A stretch of DNA of 63,150 bases, from positions 1 to 63,150 of IMG/VR virus record IMGVR_UViG_3300027872_000005. One strand, 5' to 3'. The notes below the pieces were generated by a model that was not told the origin of the DNA, did no database searches, and saw only the letters and a list, made by a program, of their open reading frames with translations. Every line of letters starts with the position of its first letter. Within the stretch, counting starts at the first letter, position 1. The translations under genes were made by a program, and so were the position numbers. This document shows, piece by piece, positions 1-8,657 of this stretch. This DNA comes from a virus. Its lineage: Duplodnaviria > Caudoviricetes.

Positions 1-163
1 AAATTCCATAAGGAATCTGTTGGGATTGCAGACCGTTGGCGTCAACATATAAACGTTGCCAAGCTGCCCGAACTGTGAGACAAGCTCGTTGCCTCGCCGG
101 TCTGGTCCACTGCCGGTTCGTCATTGTACCGGCTTAAGACCGTATGGTTTGCTCCTGGCCGGC
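1..163. repeat. Terminal direct repeat, left copy (genome circularity or physical DTR)
   Basis: 1-163 matches 62988-63150 except T127 vs C63114. Confidence 0.95.
26..53 (+). promoter_or_regulatory. Putative sigma70-type promoter
   Basis: TTGCAG-N16-TATAAA, directly followed by the ACGTTGCC motif (53-60). Confidence 0.4.
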
Positions 164-171
164 GAGGCAAC
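88..171 (+). ncRNA. Structured leader/RNA candidate (multi-stem)
   Basis: 15-bp closing stem GTTGCCTCGCCGGTC/GGCCGGCGAGGCAAC enclosing hairpins GCCGGT/ACCGGC and AGACC/GGTTT. Confidence 0.45.
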
Positions 172-182
172 AAGGACGCTGA

Positions 183-449
183 ATGATGAGCGATTTTGAC
201 CTTCCTCGACGCAGCCGGTTCAACTTCATAAAAGGCCGATTGTGCGACCCTAAAACGTCTTGGGGGAAACACGCTAAAAGCCGACAGTTCGATCGACGGG
301 TCGGAAGGGCGGCAAAATATGCGGGGTTTCAGGAGCGGGTCGATGCCCTGGCGAAAAAACACTCCGATCTCATGTGGAAGACGATTAGGGAACACCTTGG
401 CCCACTGTTGAAACATCGGCAATTGACCGAAGTGGAGTCACCAAAATGA
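183..449 (+). CDS. Hypothetical protein
   Basis: ORF with AAGGA RBS; ATGA overlap with next gene. Confidence 0.65.
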   Translation: MMSDFDLPRRSRFNFIKGRLCDPKTSWGKHAKSRQFDRRVGRAAKYAGFQERVDALAKKHSDLMWKTIREHLGPLLKHRQLTEVESPK

Positions 450-817
450 TTACACGGCGCCTTTTCCTGAAACTGTCCGGCGGCGCTGTTCTCGCCAGCA
501 CGATTTCGCTGTCCGGGGTCGAAGCGGCCATCGACTATTTCAACATGACCGGCGAGAAGGTTTGGGTGGGTTTCCGGCATATTGCGCGAAATTCGACCAT
601 CAAGATTTTTGATGCCGAGACCATGAGACCAATCTGGCACAAGCCGCAAGTTCACGGCGGGATCGATATCTTGGCGCCGAAGGGCGAGCGCGAGATCATC
701 ATGGAAATCGAGAAGGAAGGCTACGAGACCTTCCACAACCGACGCTCGTTCGACTGCGACGTGACAATCGTGGTCAACCAGCCGCGCGTCCTGCTGGAAA
801 CGCGGGGTGTCCACTGA
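446..817 (+). CDS. Putative Tat-exported protein, PEGA-like C-terminus
   Basis: N-terminal TRRLFLK fits the Tat consensus; hydrophobic stretch ending VEAA; EKEGYETF motif. Confidence 0.6.
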   Translation: MITRRLFLKLSGGAVLASTISLSGVEAAIDYFNMTGEKVWVGFRHIARNSTIKIFDAETMRPIWHKPQVHGGIDILAPKGEREIIMEIEKEGYETFHNRRSFDCDVTIVVNQPRVLLETRGVH

Positions 818-1059
818 TGAAAATGACCGCCTATTTTTTCGATGAATCCAACAGCCTCAGGGAAAAGGTCGCTACAGAGACGTTCCGAGACAATGGCGGC
901 GAGGCAATTGGGCAAGGAACGAAGATGAGAGGCACTGAGGCCGGCGAGCGCGACGTGCAATATGAGGTTCCGGATATCAGGGCACCCCATTGCAAGCGGG
1001 TGCTAGAAATGGCCGGGTTCCGGGTTGAAATGGAACGAACAATACTGTTTGAAGAATAA
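817..1059 (+). CDS. Hypothetical protein
   Basis: Translationally coupled ORF (TGATG). Confidence 0.6.
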   Translation: MKMTAYFFDESNSLREKVATETFRDNGGEAIGQGTKMRGTEAGERDVQYEVPDIRAPHCKRVLEMAGFRVEMERTILFEE

Positions 1060-1321
1060 TGCGGGGTGGAGTAGTTTGATGTGGGCCTGTCTCGCCAACA
1101 GGGGTAACGTAATATTGTGGCGTTAGATCAGACAGGCATCTGAAAGCTGCGAAACGCCCCACATCAATTCAGTTCTAGCGCGGCGTCTCGACTTAGCCGA
1201 CATCGAGAGCGGGAGCACCACGGATGAATGCTCTGACCGACCAAAGACGGCAATTGCGGCAGGACCGTTAAGGCCAATGCCAATGTCGTAGAGCCGGTGT
1301 AGCGACCGGCCCGCGCAACCA
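1060..1321 (+). ncRNA. tRNA-like structured RNA ending in ACCA
   Basis: T-arm-like GCCGGT/ACCGGC then CCGCGCA-A-CCA; partner strands AGCGCGG (1177) or TGCGGGG (1060); several internal hairpins; both ends resemble tRNA-fMet. Confidence 0.55.
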
Positions 1322-1423
1322 GGTGTCAGAAAAAGAATTGATTTGGCCATTGCGTCATATATGCAACACAAAAGGCTGCTGTTTGGGTGTAGGGTCGAAC
1401 CTCACATCAAAGGAGAAGACCTG

Positions 1424-2101
1424 ATGAAACGTCTAATCACTCTGATTGCCTTGCTATTTTCCTTCCCGGCATTCGCCGCGGATCTGCCGGTCTATGAGCC
1501 GCCTGTGGCGGTCCAATATGAGCCAGCCATCAATTGGACCGGCGGCTATGTCGGCCTGGGCGTCGGTGGTGGCGCCACCTGCAACGATATCTCATTTACC
1601 GGCATGTCCCTCGATTGCGTCGGCGGGCAGGGGTTTATCGGCGATGTGATCCTTGGCTACGACTGGCAGCTTGGAAGTCGATGGGTTGTCGGCGCCCGTA
1701 TTGGCGCGGCCTATCAGGATCTGGAAACTTCTGCCGTAGCAGCTCCGTTTGCCCTGACGGCAGAACCGGAATGGGTCGGAACGATGTCGCTCCGCGCCGG
1801 TCTGTTGCCCAATGAGTCAACCTTGCTCTACGCAATCGGTGGATACTCGTATCTGGACAGCTATACCGTTTCAATCACTGGCGTAGGCACCTTCAAACAG
1901 CGCTATAACAGCGGTTGGCACATTGGCGGCGGTGCTGAAGTGTTTGTCAGTCCATCGTTCACGATTGGCGGCGAATATCTCTATACCGATCATGGTTCAT
2001 CGTCTTGGGGTGTTTCCGGCCTGAGCGTATCGCCATCGACGCACACGGCGATGTTCCGCATGAATTGGCGTCCACAGAGCGGATTGTTCGGAAGGCGGTG
2101 A
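1424..2101 (+). CDS. Outer-membrane beta-barrel protein, Omp25/RopB-like
   Basis: Signal peptide ending AFA-ADL; NWTGGYVG, GYDWQ, GWHIGGGAE, GGEYLYTD motifs; AGGAG RBS. Confidence 0.85.
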   Translation: MKRLITLIALLFSFPAFAADLPVYEPPVAVQYEPAINWTGGYVGLGVGGGATCNDISFTGMSLDCVGGQGFIGDVILGYDWQLGSRWVVGARIGAAYQDLETSAVAAPFALTAEPEWVGTMSLRAGLLPNESTLLYAIGGYSYLDSYTVSITGVGTFKQRYNSGWHIGGGAEVFVSPSFTIGGEYLYTDHGSSSWGVSGLSVSPSTHTAMFRMNWRPQSGLFGRR

Positions 2102-2111
2102 TTGCTCTGGA

Positions 2112-2251
2112 GCGCATCGTTCCAAATATGTAGTTTGGCACGGTTGCTAATCAACGTTTCAGACTGACGGCCGCACCTGTTGTGATCTGAAACCGGCAAC
2201 CGTGTCGTTCCGAATCTGTTATCATTGCGATGTACGCCCTTTGTGGGCGTG
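2112..2251 (+). ncRNA. Long imperfect hairpin / structured RNA candidate
   Basis: GGCACGGTTGC(2137)/GCAACCGTGTC(2196) and GTTTCAGA(2156)/TCTGAAAC(2186) nested stems, plus ACGCCC/GGGCGT hairpin. Confidence 0.4.
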
Positions 2252-2267
2252 TTTCCTCCCTAAACTT

Positions 2268-2303
2268 GGGGCCGGTTTCCAGATTTACCCGGCCCCCTTT
2301 TTT
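2268..2303 (+). terminator. Putative intrinsic terminator
   Basis: GGGGCCGG/CCGGCCCC stem followed by a T6 run. Confidence 0.6.
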
Positions 2304-2365
2304 CGTCAACTTGCCAAATCTCACAACAATCGAAATCATGGCGCCAGATCACTGGACGATTCGCT

Positions 2366-2827
2366 ATGACGATTTGGCACGATAGATTTGACGCAAAAGT
2401 GGCACCGGAGCCAATGTCTGGATGTTGGCTGTGGATGGAAAATGTCGATACTTCCGGCTATGCGCAGTTCAGCATTAAAGGAAAAAACCGAGGTGCCCAT
2501 CGTTTGAGCTATGAGCGGCATCGGGGCGAAATTCCGGCCGGCTTGCAGATCGATCACCTGTGCCGTGTCCGATCCTGTGTGAACCCGGATCACATGGAAA
2601 TGGTGACACAACAGGAAAACATGCGCCGCGGAATCCCGCGCTGCGCAAAGATCACGCATTGCCCGAAAGGCCACGCATACGATGCGCAAAATACCTGGAT
2701 AGATAAAACAGGACGGAGGCATTGCCGCGAGTGCAGGACAACCAGCAGCCGCGAGACATATCTTCGCAATCGGGGAAAAATACGTTCAGATTATTATGCA
2801 AAAAAAGCTGCTAAGTGGTTGGAATGA
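2366..2827 (+). CDS. HNH endonuclease with C-terminal Zn-binding domain
   Basis: GCWLW, AHRLSY, IDHLCRVRSCVNPDH; THCPKGH...CREC. Confidence 0.9.
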   Translation: MTIWHDRFDAKVAPEPMSGCWLWMENVDTSGYAQFSIKGKNRGAHRLSYERHRGEIPAGLQIDHLCRVRSCVNPDHMEMVTQQENMRRGIPRCAKITHCPKGHAYDAQNTWIDKTGRRHCRECRTTSSRETYLRNRGKIRSDYYAKKAAKWLE

Positions 2828-3099
2828 TATACTATATAACGACGACGCAGCGCGTGAGACAGGACGATGGCTCACAACTGTGCATCAATGTCGATCTGCC
2901 CTATGAAACCGTCGAGGATGTGAGCCAGGCGCTGGCCCGTGGTAATATCGTCGGGATGCGTGTATATTCCCGCAAAGTGGAAGGCCGAGACCGGCTCCGC
3001 AAAATCACTGGACGATCGCAAATGATGCTCTCGACAGCCGGGATCGCAATGATCCAACTGCCGTCCGTCGATTTTGAGGAAGCCGCCGATGCAACATGA
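2824..3099 (+). CDS. Hypothetical protein
   Basis: Coupled ORF (ATGA overlap). Confidence 0.6.
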   Translation: MIYYITTTQRVRQDDGSQLCINVDLPYETVEDVSQALARGNIVGMRVYSRKVEGRDRLRKITGRSQMMLSTAGIAMIQLPSVDFEEAADAT

Positions 3100-3694
3100 C
3101 ACGACAACTGAGTTTCCGATCAGTGAAAAAGAGTTGCTGAAACTGATCAAGGGTTTGCCCAATACCCGGATAGAGCGTTCATTCGACGGAATCCGCCAAG
3201 CCATCGATGAACAATACGGCGAACTTCCATCGCGCTCTGCAATGATAAAGCAGTGCAAGGAATGGGAAATCCATCCAAGAAAAATCAGCTATTTCCAAAA
3301 TCCGGCCGCCTTCCTCAACCACGATTCCAAGCTCGCCCTGTCGAAGCACAAGGGCCAGGACATGGTGATCGTGGCGCTAGAGCACGTTAATTCGATGATC
3401 GTCGGATTTGCCATGAAGGCCGAAGAAATCATTGCCGGTCTGAAGGACGATGACATTTACACCGCGCTGAAACTGGCCGAACACGCCGAAAAGGCTTTGG
3501 CCGCGACAACGGATATTCGCCACAAGCTGATCGATACGCTTGAGCTCGAAGAGCGAAAGGCCAAGCCGGTAGCGGTCCATTCCGATAATGTCGATGATTT
3601 TTCCGCCTTTCGCGAGGCCGCGAGAGTCAAGCGGGAAACTCCTGTCGAATCCACCAACGGCTCTGGCAACGGCACGAAGAAAGCCCGTCGATGA
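3089..3694 (+). CDS. Probable terminase small subunit
   Basis: Helical protein immediately upstream of TerL; GAGGA RBS; assignment by position only. Confidence 0.45.
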   Translation: MQHDTTTEFPISEKELLKLIKGLPNTRIERSFDGIRQAIDEQYGELPSRSAMIKQCKEWEIHPRKISYFQNPAAFLNHDSKLALSKHKGQDMVIVALEHVNSMIVGFAMKAEEIIAGLKDDDIYTALKLAEHAEKALAATTDIRHKLIDTLELEERKAKPVAVHSDNVDDFSAFREAARVKRETPVESTNGSGNGTKKARR

Positions 3695-5422
3695 ATGAAG
3701 GAAATTCTCGGCACTCGATACGAAGCTGATTGCCCGCCCGGGTTTGTCAATTTTCTCAGCACGGCTCTACACAATCTGTCATACGAATCCGCTTGTGATT
3801 TCTACGCCGAATACGCGCCGAAGATGAGCAATGCGCAGCTCGCGCTGCTTGGCTGCAATGATCGGTTTTTCCTGCTTACCTACATCCTGCGCCGCCCCGA
3901 TGTCATCCACCCCTGGCTTTACGATCGCTGCCGGGAGGTCGAGAACGAGGCCGATGGCTTCCTCGATCTGTGGGCAAGGGAACATTACAAAAGCACCATC
4001 ATTACCTTCGCTGGCTCGATCCAAGAGATTGCCATCAATCCGGAGATCACGATCGCGATTTTCGGCGGCACCGACAAGATCGCCAAGCCGTTTCTCTCAC
4101 AAATCCAAACCGAGCTTGAAAACAACCAGATCCTCAAGGACATCTACGCTGACGTCTTCTGGAAAAACCCCAAGAAGGAAGCGCCAAGCTGGTCAACCAC
4201 CGATGGCCTGATCGTCAAACGCGAGACAAACCCGAAAGAGGCGACGGTAAGCGCCTTCGGCCTGATCGATGGTATGCCGACCGGCGGACACTGGTTGTTG
4301 CGCATCTACGACGACATCATCAACGAAAAACTCGTCACCAACCCTGAACAGATTTTGAAGGCAACCGAGCGTTGGGAACTGTCCGATAACCTCGGCGCCG
4401 GGATCAACCGAGCCTGGCACATCGGGACACGATACCACTTCGCCGACAGCTACGGCACCATCCTGGAACGCGAAGTTTGCAAGGAACGGATTTATCCTGC
4501 TACCGACAATGGCAAGATCAACGGTGTTCCGGTGTTCTTCACGCCTGAAAAGTGGTTTGAGAAGGTCAAGACGCAGCGTTCCGTGCTGGCTGCGCAAATG
4601 CTGCAAAATCCGCTGGCCGGCAAGGAAAACACGTTCGAGACGAAATGGCTGAACGGCTTCATCCTGCGCCCGAGAACGCTCAATATCTGCATTCTGGTGG
4701 ACCCCTCGAAAGGCCGTAAGCGCGTTGGCTCCCAGGCCAACAGGAGCGATCGCACGGCAATGGCGGTAATCGGCGTCGATGCGCAAATGAACAAATACCT
4801 TCTCGACGGCTATCGCCATCGCATGTCGCTAAGTGAGCGCTGGAAGAAGCTCAAGGATTTGCACAAGAAATGGAGGAACGCGGAAGGAATCCAGAGCATT
4901 CGAGTTGGCTACGAGCGCTACGGCCAGCAAACCGATGATGAATATTTTGAAATGCAAATGCGCAAGGAAAACTACCGCTTCGATCTGGAAGAAGTCGCGT
5001 GGGTGAAGGAAGGTGGCCAATCGAAAGCCGATAGAGTGGGCCGCTTAGAGCCGGATTTCCGGCATAGCAACTTTTATTTACCGGGCAAAATCTGGCATCC
5101 GGATCTGGGCAAATGTACCTGGTCGATTGACAAAGAAACCGGAAAGATTTTGTATCATCGAATCGAGGGCGAATTGCGTCAGGAAAGGGATGCTCGCAAG
5201 AACGGCGAAAAATACCGGCTCATTGACCCAATCAAGCGCCTCGACGAAGACACAAATATTTATGACCTGACACGATCATTCTTTGAGGAATATCGACTTT
5301 TCCCCTTCGGGACACACGACGATCTGATTGACGCCACATCGAGAATTTTCGATCTGGAAGATGTCACCGGTCCTGTGATCTTCGAGCATGGAGAAGAGTT
5401 CGCTCCTGTTTTTGCAGATTGA
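3695..5422 (+). CDS. terL: Terminase large subunit
   Basis: Walker A-like AREHYKST, Walker B RIYDD, nuclease ILVDPS and HDDLIDA motifs. Confidence 0.92.
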   Translation: MKEILGTRYEADCPPGFVNFLSTALHNLSYESACDFYAEYAPKMSNAQLALLGCNDRFFLLTYILRRPDVIHPWLYDRCREVENEADGFLDLWAREHYKSTIITFAGSIQEIAINPEITIAIFGGTDKIAKPFLSQIQTELENNQILKDIYADVFWKNPKKEAPSWSTTDGLIVKRETNPKEATVSAFGLIDGMPTGGHWLLRIYDDIINEKLVTNPEQILKATERWELSDNLGAGINRAWHIGTRYHFADSYGTILEREVCKERIYPATDNGKINGVPVFFTPEKWFEKVKTQRSVLAAQMLQNPLAGKENTFETKWLNGFILRPRTLNICILVDPSKGRKRVGSQANRSDRTAMAVIGVDAQMNKYLLDGYRHRMSLSERWKKLKDLHKKWRNAEGIQSIRVGYERYGQQTDDEYFEMQMRKENYRFDLEEVAWVKEGGQSKADRVGRLEPDFRHSNFYLPGKIWHPDLGKCTWSIDKETGKILYHRIEGELRQERDARKNGEKYRLIDPIKRLDEDTNIYDLTRSFFEEYRLFPFGTHDDLIDATSRIFDLEDVTGPVIFEHGEEFAPVFAD

Positions 5423-5434
5423 TCGGAGCCAGCA

Positions 5435-5590
5435 ATGGCTACAGCACGGGTTGACCCCTTCCTGCGCTATGTGCGTCAGGCGGACCCAAACTACGACAGA
5501 GACAAGCGCGTAGAGCCGCAATACGAGTTTCGCGGCGGCCGTAGGATATTTACCGCCGTTACCAACGAATCCGGGCCATACGCCCCATGA
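5435..5590 (+). CDS. Small hypothetical protein (51 aa, absent from ORF track)
   Basis: GGAG RBS; MATARVDPFL...GPYAP; ATGA overlap with next gene. Confidence 0.6.
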   Translation: MATARVDPFLRYVRQADPNYDRDKRVEPQYEFRGGRRIFTAVTNESGPYAP

Positions 5591-6039
5591 TCAACCAAGC
5601 GGCGCCGGAGTTCATTGTCGATAATTATGGCGACGAGGAATTTGTCGATCGTCGGGTGCAGGCCGCTGAAAAGCGGGTCAGCCATGCGATCGGCGCGAAG
5701 CTGGAACAAACCTATCCCGGTCATTATTGGCGCGTCGAAATCCCTCATAACCAGGGCATCATCAAGATCATGTTGCCGTATTTCACCGGCAAGGTGTGGG
5801 GCTACATCATTCCCTTCGACAAACTCGACCCAACACATCAAACCGTCGTCAAGGCCGGCGGCGAGCTGCTCGAACGTTTTGGCCTTTCTCGCAGCAGTTT
5901 CAATGAAGCCGAGCTTTCCGACGCCCTCGATATCTACGGCAAAACGCCGCCGCCCATTAGAAATGAATGGGAGATTGGCGATCGTCCCGTTCGCAGGGTT
6001 TGGAAACACTTGATCGAAGGTATGAACCGTGGCCAATAA
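5587..6039 (+). CDS. Hypothetical protein
   Basis: ORF between TerL and portal, coupled on both sides. Confidence 0.75.
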   Translation: MINQAAPEFIVDNYGDEEFVDRRVQAAEKRVSHAIGAKLEQTYPGHYWRVEIPHNQGIIKIMLPYFTGKVWGYIIPFDKLDPTHQTVVKAGGELLERFGLSRSSFNEAELSDALDIYGKTPPPIRNEWEIGDRPVRRVWKHLIEGMNRGQ

Positions 6040-8347
6040 CAGCGCCGGAAAAGAACGCCCGACACATTTGAACGAGAGCCACGAAAGCGCCGGCGCCGGC
6101 GGCGATGGCTATATCGGCCAATCGGATCTGTTGAAACTGGCGTCGGCGATCGTGCAACAGGCCGAAAACGGCTTAACGTCAAGGCGCCGAGCGGAATGGG
6201 CCAATGCCTACCTCGCCTATCGCTCGCAGCACATTCACAACTCCAAATACGAATCGTTCAAATATCGCACCAGATCCAAGCTGTTCCGGCCAAAAACACG
6301 GGCCGCAGTGCGCAAGGCAAACGCCGCTGCAGCCGCGGCGCTGTTCTCGACCGAAGATGTTGTCTCGATCACTGCCGAAAACGATCAGGACGAAATGGCG
6401 CGGGCTGGCGCCGAATTGAAGCACAACCTTCTGAATTACCGACTCGATCGATCATCGTCGAAATCCGGTATCCCGTGGTTTCTGACCGCGATCGGCGCCA
6501 ATCAGGACGCTTACATCACCGGGATCTGTGCCTCCAAGCAATATTGGGAATACGAGGAAGAGGCGGAAGATGAATACGACACCGATTTTGTCGAAGGAAA
6601 AGGCGGCGGCGCCGAAGATATTGCCGCGCCCATGCCTGAAGACGAATATGACATCTTTGACGATCCAGCACCTGGCCTGGATCAAACAAGCGCTGTTGGA
6701 GAACCAGACGAATTAGACCCGGGCAATGTCGTCGATATGGCCGGCGAACCGTTCGAGCCGGAAATGGAGCCGGAACCTCGGATTCTCAAGGATCGCCCCC
6801 GATGTGAGCTATTCCCCCCCGAAAACGTCATTGTGGACCCTGGGGCGCCGTGGATCGACGTCGCCCAGGACGGTGCCTTCCTGATCCTGCAAACGCCGAT
6901 GCACATCGATGATGTTCAGGCGATGACGCAAAACCAGTCTGGCCGGTTCGGCGGCGGTGCCTGGAAGGATATCCCGATATCAACGCTCGCTGCCAATTCA
7001 ACGCAATATGGCGCGACAAGCGTTCGGACCAGCCGGGAAGGCGGCACTGACAGGCAATCAACCCGCGAACAGGCCGCCGTGAATGAATTGTCGATCGTTT
7101 GGGTCCATGAGAATTTCATCCGCCGCAGAGGCATCGATTGGCATTTTTGGTCGCTCGGCGTGACCGAATACCTGACCGATCCTGTCCCGACTGCCGAAGC
7201 CTACCCCGAACAAGGCGGTGAACGCCCGGTGGTCATTGGTGTTGGTGAAGTCGAATCCCATTCCGTGCTGCCGCGCTCGCCGGTCGAGGCTTTGCAGCCG
7301 CTACAGGCCGAAGCCAACGATCTGGTCAATCTGGCGCTCGACACCATCAAGAACACGATTTCGCCGATCGTCAAGGTCAAGCGCGGCAAACGCATCGATT
7401 GGAAGCAGGTTCATTCACGCGGCCCGGACGCGGCAATCTCCGTCGATAACATGGATGATGTCGATTTTGTTCAGCCCGGTTCGATGAATCCGATCGCGTT
7501 CCAGCAGGAAAATCGCCTGAACGCTGATTTCGACGATCTTTCCGGCTCGTTCTCGTCAAGCTCCGTCAATAGCAACCGCCAGCTCAATGAGACTGTCGGC
7601 GGCATGAAGCTGATGCAGGGCAACGCCAATGCCCTGACCGAGTTTGATCTAAGGGTGTGGACCGAAACATGGGTCGAACGGACTCTGCGCCAGATCGTCA
7701 AACTTGAGCAATTCTACGAGAGCGATGAAATCGTCCTGAAAATTGCCGGCCGCAAATCGAAAATGATCCAGAAATTGCAGCTCGACGAGCAATACGACGA
7801 ACTTTTGCAGTCTGAGGTCAATACGCGCGTCAATGTCGGCATCGGCGCTGCCGACCCGGTGCAGAAACTCAACAAGTTCGGCATGGCGATGTCGATGGCA
7901 ATGGAAGCCGCGCCATTCGTCATGGGCCAGGTCAAACCGAAGGCCGAAGCGATCTTCGAGGAAATCTTCGGCCAGGCCGGATATCGCGACGCTGCCCGGT
8001 TCTTCGAGTTTATCGATGAAGAAGTCCAGGACCAGCAGGACGAACAGGAAGGCGAAAACCAGATCGAGGCCGCCAAGCTGCAGCAGCAGGGGCAGATCGA
8101 ACAAGGCAAGTTACAACAGCAGGACAAGGAACTTCAATCCGAAACCGGCATCGAAAAGGCCAAGATCGGCGTTTCGCGTGAGAAAATTGCCTCCGATGAA
8201 CGCCAGACGAAGATGAAGATCGAAGGCGAAATGGCGCGTGAAAAGATACGCATGAAGGGCAACCTTTATACGCGAGCGATGGACAATCAATCCAAGCGGC
8301 AAGAGCAGATGAGAAGGGTGATGGGCGGTGCCAGCAACTCAGCGTAA
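6029..8347 (+). CDS. Portal protein (podovirus type)
   Basis: Size and position; LNETVGGM motif; Q-rich coiled-coil C-terminus; acidic insertion around aa 175-250. Confidence 0.85.
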   Translation: MANNSAGKERPTHLNESHESAGAGGDGYIGQSDLLKLASAIVQQAENGLTSRRRAEWANAYLAYRSQHIHNSKYESFKYRTRSKLFRPKTRAAVRKANAAAAAALFSTEDVVSITAENDQDEMARAGAELKHNLLNYRLDRSSSKSGIPWFLTAIGANQDAYITGICASKQYWEYEEEAEDEYDTDFVEGKGGGAEDIAAPMPEDEYDIFDDPAPGLDQTSAVGEPDELDPGNVVDMAGEPFEPEMEPEPRILKDRPRCELFPPENVIVDPGAPWIDVAQDGAFLILQTPMHIDDVQAMTQNQSGRFGGGAWKDIPISTLAANSTQYGATSVRTSREGGTDRQSTREQAAVNELSIVWVHENFIRRRGIDWHFWSLGVTEYLTDPVPTAEAYPEQGGERPVVIGVGEVESHSVLPRSPVEALQPLQAEANDLVNLALDTIKNTISPIVKVKRGKRIDWKQVHSRGPDAAISVDNMDDVDFVQPGSMNPIAFQQENRLNADFDDLSGSFSSSSVNSNRQLNETVGGMKLMQGNANALTEFDLRVWTETWVERTLRQIVKLEQFYESDEIVLKIAGRKSKMIQKLQLDEQYDELLQSEVNTRVNVGIGAADPVQKLNKFGMAMSMAMEAAPFVMGQVKPKAEAIFEEIFGQAGYRDAARFFEFIDEEVQDQQDEQEGENQIEAAKLQQQGQIEQGKLQQQDKELQSETGIEKAKIGVSREKIASDERQTKMKIEGEMAREKIRMKGNLYTRAMDNQSKRQEQMRRVMGGASNSA

Positions 8348-8657
8348 TGCCGAACAAATCGTCGATCTGGTCGATTATGACCGGTCGATTCAACGGGTTA
8401 TCTCGCAATCCAGCGCGATGGAGGGCGATCTTCGTGACAATGGGACGGTGGGGCAAATCCTGGAAGAGATGCAGGGCGATGCCGAAGAGGCGTTGAAATT
8501 GCTTGTTGAAATCGATCCGGACGAAAAACTTCAAATTGTCGGTCTTCAAGGCATCATTCTTCGCTTCCGGGAAACCGCGGCGCGGGCTGCTGCCATCATC
8601 GAAGCCGGCGAGATTGCAGAGGCCGAACACAATGCAGAGCAAATGATCGAGGAATGA
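8328..8657 (+). CDS. Small helical head-module protein
   Basis: ORF between portal and scaffold. Confidence 0.7.
   Translation: MPATQRNAEQIVDLVDYDRSIQRVISQSSAMEGDLRDNGTVGQILEEMQGDAEEALKLLVEIDPDEKLQIVGLQGIILRFRETAARAAAIIEAGEIAEAEHNAEQMIEE

Noticed and set aside
1076-1167. Hammerhead ribozyme (three-way layout with CTGA...GAAA)
   Set aside because: The core reads CTGAAAG rather than CTGANGA, there is no stem II, and no NUH cleavage triplet at the junction
1060-1321. Canonical tRNA, tmRNA, intron-containing tRNA-fMet, or attP core
   Set aside because: No TTC T-loop or 7-nt anticodon loop, no G3-U70 alanine pair, no group I P7 motif seen, and no integrase to use an attP
2136-2148. Sigma54 promoter TGGCACG...TTGC
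   Set aside because: Spacing between the GG and GC elements is 3 bp too short; the sequence is better explained as a hairpin arm
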